Positions 18,644 through 23,502 of a stretch of 23,502 bases of DNA are shown here, piece after piece. The notes under the pieces were generated by a model, which was not told the DNA's origin, did not search any database, and saw nothing but the letters and a program-made list of their open reading frames with translations. The stretch comes from Collodictyon triciliatum (taxonomy: Eukaryota): positions 62,001 through 85,502 of the forward strand of contig JBHJMP010000834.1 of NCBI GenBank assembly GCA_043381765.1, written 5' to 3'. Both the position numbers and the translations under genes were made by a program. How positions within the stretch are numbered: position 1 is the first letter of the stretch; the number at the start of each line of letters is the position of its first letter.

Positions 18644-19502
18644 TGTTTAGTAGATAAGCGCGGAAGCTTAGGATATCACATGGTTGCTCTGAAAATGAGG
18701 CAACAACGGAGCATGATGTGGGGGGCAGGCAAAGAGAGGAAGGAAGTTAACAAAGTTGCATTTAAGCGGCCGTTTCAATTGTTGTTTTATCCCTTTGTTT
18801 AGGCCGGTTTGTTCCTTTTCCATCTCCGTGTCGTAAGCCGGTCACAGGCGCTCGTCATAGGCGAAGCCACATTACGCTTTGGAAGCAAAGGGAACGCGCC
18901 TCCGGCCGGAGGCCTGTCTGAGCTAACGACAAACTGGCCACCCGCGACAAAGCGTGTAGGAAGGCCTTCGGCCGGCAATTGACCTTGTGCTAAAGAACGC
19001 CTCCTTTGACGCACATCATTGCTCCCCGTGCGATTGGGATGTGTGAAGTGAGGGGATCATTGTGGATTAAAGGTATCCGCCCCTGATCCGGACCCCCCGC
19101 CCTGACTGGGGGTCCCTTGCCCCCCTTTATTATCCCAAGCTCGGGATGGGATGGGATGCGCTTCGCTTGCGGAAAAGCCTTAAATGAAACGGGCGGCTTG
19201 ATAGTTTTTTCTATTCGAATCTATATACTCATATTCTACACCTCGAGCGAAAGAAAGAGCGAAAAACAGCGACATCTTCACCTTTCGCCGGGGGGGATGT
19301 TCAGCCCCCCTCCCGACTTCGAGCGAAGCGTGTTTCCCCCGAGCGAAAGAAAGAGCAGCGTGTTACCCTTGATTAACAGGCCATTATGGGAACAGGGCGG
19401 AGCGATAAAAACAGGCTTCGCCGCCTACGGTAACTCTCCGGCCTTTATTAAGCAGCAGTCTTATTAAGGCTGGATCCATTGCGCTTCGCTTGTTATTTAA
19501 GG

Positions 19503-19877
19503 TTATTTTATTCTCTCATTAGTTAGAGCAAGTAATTTTATATGATTTTTTCTTAATTCATGAGTAACTGGACCAAAAATTCTTGTTGCTAAAGGTTGAC
19601 CATTTTCTTTAATAATAGTTATAGCATTATCATTAAATGAGCGAAGCGTGCCATCTGGTCTAATTATTTCTTTTTTAGTTCTAATAACAACACCATAATG
19701 AACTTCTCCTTTTTTTAGGAAGAAACCTCTTGAGCCAATTTTACCAGGGATGGCATCTTTAATACTAACTACGATAACGTCTCCAATTGTGGCGTATTTT
19801 CCTGTGATTTTTATTGTTTCAGCTATTTTTCCACCACTATTATCAGATATTTTTACTCTAGTAGATTTTAAAATCAT
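19503..19877 (-). CDS. rpl14: Ribosomal protein L14
   Basis: SDNSGGK...ATIGDVIVVSIKDAIP...VVIRTKK..RPDG...FNDNA...TRIFGPV.HELR. Confidence 0.98.
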   Translation of the reverse strand: MILKSTRVKISDNSGGKIAETIKITGKYATIGDVIVVSIKDAIPGKIGSRGFFLKKGEVHYGVVIRTKKEIIRPDGTLRSFNDNAITIIKENGQPLATRIFGPVTHELRKNHIKLLALTNERIK

Positions 19878-19889
19878 AATGGTATATAA

Positions 19890-20360
19890 TTAATTAAGGT
19901 TGGGAGTAGCGACTGTATTAATTGGTAATTTAATTTTACCGGCCTTTAGCCAGCTTTTAATGGTACTCGCTTTGTTTTTTTGATGATCTCCCTTATGCGT
20001 TTCACTTGAAGAAAGGGAAGTAGCCAGTGATACTTCAAATAATATTTGTCCAGGTTTAACTTTTGCAACCCAAAAACTTGGAACACCTTTACCTTTACCC
20101 ATTCTAACTTCAGTAGGTTTTTCAGTAACAGGAGTATGTGGGAATATTCTAATCCAAACTTGTGCTAATCGTCCGTGTCCCTGTTTTTTTATTTCCTTAT
20201 TAATTGCTTTTAGGGCTGATTCGATTTGTTTAGCAGTTATTCGTCCATATTCTAATGCTCTTAATCCAAATGAGCCATAACATAAAAAATCCTCTTTTAT
20301 TCCTTTACCTATTTTACCTTTTTGAACTTTTCTATATTTAACTTTTCTTGGTTGTAGCAT
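19890..20360 (-). CDS. rpl16: Ribosomal protein L16
   Basis: MLQPRKVKYRKVQKG...WIRIFPHTPVTEKPTEVRMGKGKG...KPGQILFEV...KLPI. Confidence 0.98.
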   Translation of the reverse strand: MLQPRKVKYRKVQKGKIGKGIKEDFLCYGSFGLRALEYGRITAKQIESALKAINKEIKKQGHGRLAQVWIRIFPHTPVTEKPTEVRMGKGKGVPSFWVAKVKPGQILFEVSLATSLSSSETHKGDHQKNKASTIKSWLKAGKIKLPINTVATPNLN

Positions 20361-20361
20361 T

Positions 20362-20997
20362 TTAATTTATCCAAACTTTTATTCCTATTACACCAAATTT
20401 AGTGTGGGCCTTAGCAAAACCATAATTTACTTTAACACTGATGGTTTGTAATGGGATTCTACCTATTTTTATTATTTGGGTTTTTGCCATTTCTGCACCA
20501 TTTAATCTACCTGAACATAAGATTTTTAAACCTTTTAAAGGTGAAGATGAAGAGCGGGGTTTAACAAATTCAGAAATTAAAGCTGCTACATCTTTAAATG
20601 GTGATGAGGTTTTCTTTTCTATTCTTTTTGCAATTAATTCTGCTAAGGTTTTTGCACCCACTGTAGAGCCGAACCCATCTAAAAAATATATAATAAGACA
20701 AAGCTTTGATTTAGTTAAATTCTCAATAAATTTTGATATGTGGAGACGAAGCGCTGCATTCATAGTGAACGCGCTTTGCTTGACCACATCACTCCATATT
20801 TGTAATTTTACAATACAAAGCCTTGCTCCTCGATTAATTTGACAATCCTTTAAGTAGTAATTATTTATTTTGCACCTTGTTTCAATATATTTTATTATTT
20901 GTAAGTCCTCGTGTAATAGTTTATCAAAATGTTTTAAACTATACCAAGGGGCTGCCCGTTTATTTCGAAAGATTATTGGATTTACTTTTTGACCCAT
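20362..20997 (-). CDS. rps3: Ribosomal protein S3 (homologous start ATG 20997)
   Basis: MGQKVNPIIFR...GLKILCSGRLNGAEMAK...GRIPLQT...YG...AHTKFGVIGIKVWI. Confidence 0.97.
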   Translation of the reverse strand: MGQKVNPIIFRNKRAAPWYSLKHFDKLLHEDLQIIKYIETRCKINNYYLKDCQINRGARLCIVKLQIWSDVVKQSAFTMNAALRLHISKFIENLTKSKLCLIIYFLDGFGSTVGAKTLAELIAKRIEKKTSSPFKDVAALISEFVKPRSSSSPLKGLKILCSGRLNGAEMAKTQIIKIGRIPLQTISVKVNYGFAKAHTKFGVIGIKVWIN

Positions 20998-21158
20998 TGT
21001 TATATTGATTTTATAAGCTCGGGTATTCAAATCCGGCCGGGCGGGTCCCCTATATACCCCCAAGCTGGTCAACGTTAACCCCACAATCAGGGCAACACAA
21101 TGAACTGCGTCAAGCCGGGAGAGGAGAGAAGCGAAAGAGGCGAGTAACGACAGCGAGT

Positions 21159-21197
21159 GAAGCGAGAAGGGGGGAGGGGCGCAGAGCGAAGCGACCT
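21159..21197 (+). repeat. 39-bp dispersed direct repeat, copy 2
   Basis: Identical to 9676-9714; lies between rps10 and rps3. Confidence 0.95.
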
Positions 21198-21350
21198 CGT
21201 TCTTTTCTTTTTATACCCCATTATGGAAAACAGAGACCGGCGAACAGACCACTCGGACCAGCCTAATGTTATCGATCCCGTAACGACCGTCCTTGCCGTC
21301 CTTACTCTTCCCGTTTTCCACCGCTTAAAGGAAGGGGACAACGACAAAAA

Positions 21351-21388
21351 GGTCTCCACATGATACAGAATTGAGCTATGTGGAGACC
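21351..21388. terminator. 11-bp stem immediately 3' of the rps10 stop
   Basis: GGTCTCCACAT (21351-21361) pairs with ATGTGGAGACC (21378-21388); function inferred. Confidence 0.4.
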
Positions 21389-21391
21389 CTT

Positions 21392-21853
21392 TTATCTCCC
21401 TATCCGAATTTCAGTCAGATCAAGACGAAGCCGAACTCCAACTGGTAATTTTTCTAAATGGGATGTGGGTGAAGCCGATGGGGCAAACCCATCAATAATT
21501 AAAGTAGGATGAATCATGCCTTTAATCACCCCGCCTGTTTGATTCGTTGCTGCGGTTTTCGAAATGGTTTGAACCCTGTCATTCGACCTTGAATGAGGTA
21601 TAGCTGGTGATGTGAAGACGGGTTCACAACGCGTTGCCCCGCTTGGTTGGCAACCGATCTTATTATGATCAACCATTATTATTGAACTTTTTCTTATTTG
21701 TTGTTCTAATTGATCTCTAGATTTTTTATCAATATGTGGACTTCTTAAAACAGTAAATCGTTTAATTTTTTTAGGATGCATTATAGAGGAATTAACCGAA
21801 AATGGCCATCCTTCTAATGTTACAGAATAAGAATGAATGTGAAGAGTTTTCAT
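21392..21853 (-). CDS. rps10: Ribosomal protein S10, divergent with large insertion
   Basis: PKKIKRFTVLRSPHIDKKSRDQLE signature and C-terminal LPVGV. Confidence 0.93.
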   Translation of the reverse strand: MKTLHIHSYSVTLEGWPFSVNSSIMHPKKIKRFTVLRSPHIDKKSRDQLEQQIRKSSIIMVDHNKIGCQPSGATRCEPVFTSPAIPHSRSNDRVQTISKTAATNQTGGVIKGMIHPTLIIDGFAPSASPTSHLEKLPVGVRLRLDLTEIRIGR

Positions 21854-22013
21854 AGGCGTTTATTGAGGCGAAGCCGGTTGTCCTCCCTTTGGCCGGAAGG
21901 AACGCTTGAAGGGGGCAGCCGTTACGATCTTGCTCCCCGTAGCGGTCGAGCAAAGCACATGTGTGGGACCAACACGCTTCACTGAACCCACCGGCCCCTG
22001 ACCTGGATGCATT

Positions 22014-22087
22014 TAGCCTTAGGAGGGCATGATCCTCCGACATTACCATTATGAGTGGTATGTTCTAACCAACTGAACTATAAGGCC
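22014..22087 (-). tRNA. trnI: tRNA with CAU anticodon, most likely tRNA-Ile(CAU, lysidine type)
   Basis: GGCCTTATAGTTCAGTTGGTTAGAACATACCACTCATAATGGT...TAAGGCT-A resembles mitochondrial trnI(cau) genes; elongator Met is not strictly excluded. Confidence 0.8.
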
Positions 22088-22983
22088 TTAGGGCGTAGGT
22101 TGGTTGGGTTCCCATTATATGGGAGGAAATGAAAATACCTGCAGCGGCCGAAGGCCACTCAGTGGGGGGGGGCGAGAGGGCGACCAAGAGGCTGCATTTT
22201 CATCTTCTGTCGTTACGACCACTTACATACCCCAAGAGAGGCGAGAGGAGCGAGAGAACGAAAAACGGATGGGGAGCGAACACCCGCGTCGTCGTAACAA
22301 CGCTCCGCCCCAAGGAATGAATGAAATGGGCTTACGACCGTTTGGTTTGGCTCGGCAAGCCTTTCTCCTTCATAAGCCAGTCGGGCTTCCACCTTTTACA
22401 CGCTTTTATACTCTTTGAGCCGCAGGGCATTGTATAAAATAAGACGCTTCGAACCGGAAACAAAGCTAACACCGGGTGGTGATGGTAGATGTGGTCACTG
22501 CCGCATCGAGGGTATATGACCTTTTAGACCGGAAAGGGGGGAACTGTGATAAGGCCGGCTCCCTAATAAGCGCATCAAGGTCGAATGACAGCTTGAAGCG
22601 AGGACATCGAACGCTTGGGAATCAAGGTCGAATGACCGGCACCATTGTGAACGTGTTACCCCACATCAAGGACGTTACGACCGGGTTCCACTTGTATAAT
22701 AAAGGTAGGGTAAAAAGTAAGGAGAGTCCATTCGTTTGGTGGGCACCTTTTCCTTTTCCCTTCGCCTCTGTCACTGCTTATAACCGGCCGAAGGGCTCAA
22801 TCAATCAATCGATCGATCGGCGATCAATTGAGAGGCCCTCACCACGTATGACCCTTTACCCTAAAACAGAATTGACGCAGCGGACTGGTAGTAGAGGTCA
22901 CAGTGACCGCAATGCAGCCAAAGTGGGTTGTCACCTCATTTCCGGTGCATCCCATAGTGCATGTTTTCTTTGCCCCGTCCGAT

Positions 22984-23038
22984 CTTGCCCGTTCTTCGAT
23001 GCTACGGGGACTTGCCCGTTCTTCGATGCTACGGGGAC
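22984..23038. repeat. Perfect tandem duplication of a 27-bp unit CTTGCCCGTTCTTCGATGCTACGGGGA
   Basis: 22984-23010 and 23011-23037 are identical. Confidence 0.95.
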
Positions 23039-23502
23039 ATAAGGCCTTGGTAAGGTTTAACAAGATTAAAATTAAGTACCAAAAGTTTAAGGTCGCAACG
23101 ACCGCAAGTCATTGCTGAACGAGCGAACGATGATGATGAGGGTCAAGGTCAGGGACCGTATAGGGCGGACCAAAGACATAGGGGGCCGGAACGACAGTTG
23201 GAAGCGCAATCTTGCGCTTCGCTTCGCTTCGCTTCCCTTCCCCACTCTTTGCTGATAACACGAATGACGCTTCACTCCCCCCTTCCACTCTCCTACGCTA
23301 CGGACCTTAACTCCGGTCTTCCAAGAGGAAGGACGGTCAATACGAAAGCTTGAGCTAAAGTTGAGCGACTGCAGCTTCGACCTGGGGAGCAAAAGTGGCC
23401 TTCGGTAGGTTCACTTGTCTTTGTGGCCTTAACAGTAATGTTTGGTTCAACAACCCAACCCTGGTATCCTTGCACCCATCTTGCTCGGCACTTCCCCCCC
23501 CC

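Noticed and set aside
20441-20842. 133-aa plus-strand ORF and other antisense or spacer ORFs of 60-125 aa
   Set aside because: They are shadows of real genes, tRNAs or GC-rich repeats, with no independent coding signal.
20998-21084. N-terminal extensions of rps3 (and of rps8 at 2190-2231) from alternative start codons
   Set aside because: Homology begins at the ATGs (MGQKVNP, MIIDHIGD); the upstream parts are spacer-like.
22476-23042. 188-aa ORF
   Set aside because: No recognisable motif; GC-rich, and made of hairpin modules, a TCAA/GATC microsatellite and a 27-bp tandem; composition unlike the real genes.
22719-23060. AAGGAGAGTCC as the 5' P4 strand of an RNase P RNA
   Set aside because: No convincing complementary 3' P4 motif (ACA.AA...GCTTA) found downstream by eye; an Infernal search would be needed. 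No 5S rRNA or tmRNA was recognised either.
1-23502. Alternative genetic code or pervasive C-to-U mRNA editing
   Set aside because: Conserved Trp are TGG, TGA terminates genes (rpl11, rps13, nad8), trnW has CCA, and conserved motifs are correct at the DNA level.
1-23502. Bacterial, plastid or land-plant origin
   Set aside because: nad and ccm genes are interleaved with fragmented ribosomal operons, tRNAs generally lack encoded CCA ends, and there are no photosynthesis genes; nad8, nad11, rpl11, rpl20 and rpl31 are not encoded in land-plant mtDNA.

Overview
Part of a gene-rich protist mitochondrial genome using the standard genetic code (TGG=Trp, tRNA-Trp(CCA), TGA used as stop). It holds about 20 protein genes: rps4 (partial), a divergent and expanded rpl35, an N-truncated rpl20, rps14, rps8, nad4L, rpl31, rpl11, nad11, rps19, ccmC, rpl32, nad7, rps11, rps13, rpl6, nad8, rpl14, rpl16, rps3 and rps10. 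There are nine tRNAs: Ala-UGC, Trp-CCA, Leu-UAA, Phe-GAA, Thr-UGU, fMet-CAU, Arg-GCG, Lys-UUU and Ile-CAU. nad7 is split by a 1694-nt ORF-less group IIA intron with recognisable EBS1/IBS1, domain V and domain VI. AT-rich gene cores sit among GC-rich spacers packed with short hairpin repeats (GCGAAGC; G(G/T)TC(A/G)-NNN-(C/T)GA(A/C)C), 23-58 bp dispersed repeats and CTTCGG-based tandem arrays. The most striking features are: (1) these hairpins also lie in frame inside many proteins, lengthening them; (2) a perfect 39-bp direct repeat whose recombination would restore the ancestral rps19-rps3 adjacency on an 11.5-kb subcircle; (3) retention of the rarely mitochondrial rpl35-rpl20 pair; and (4) several non-canonical tRNAs. 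The exact lineage cannot be determined from this window without a database search.
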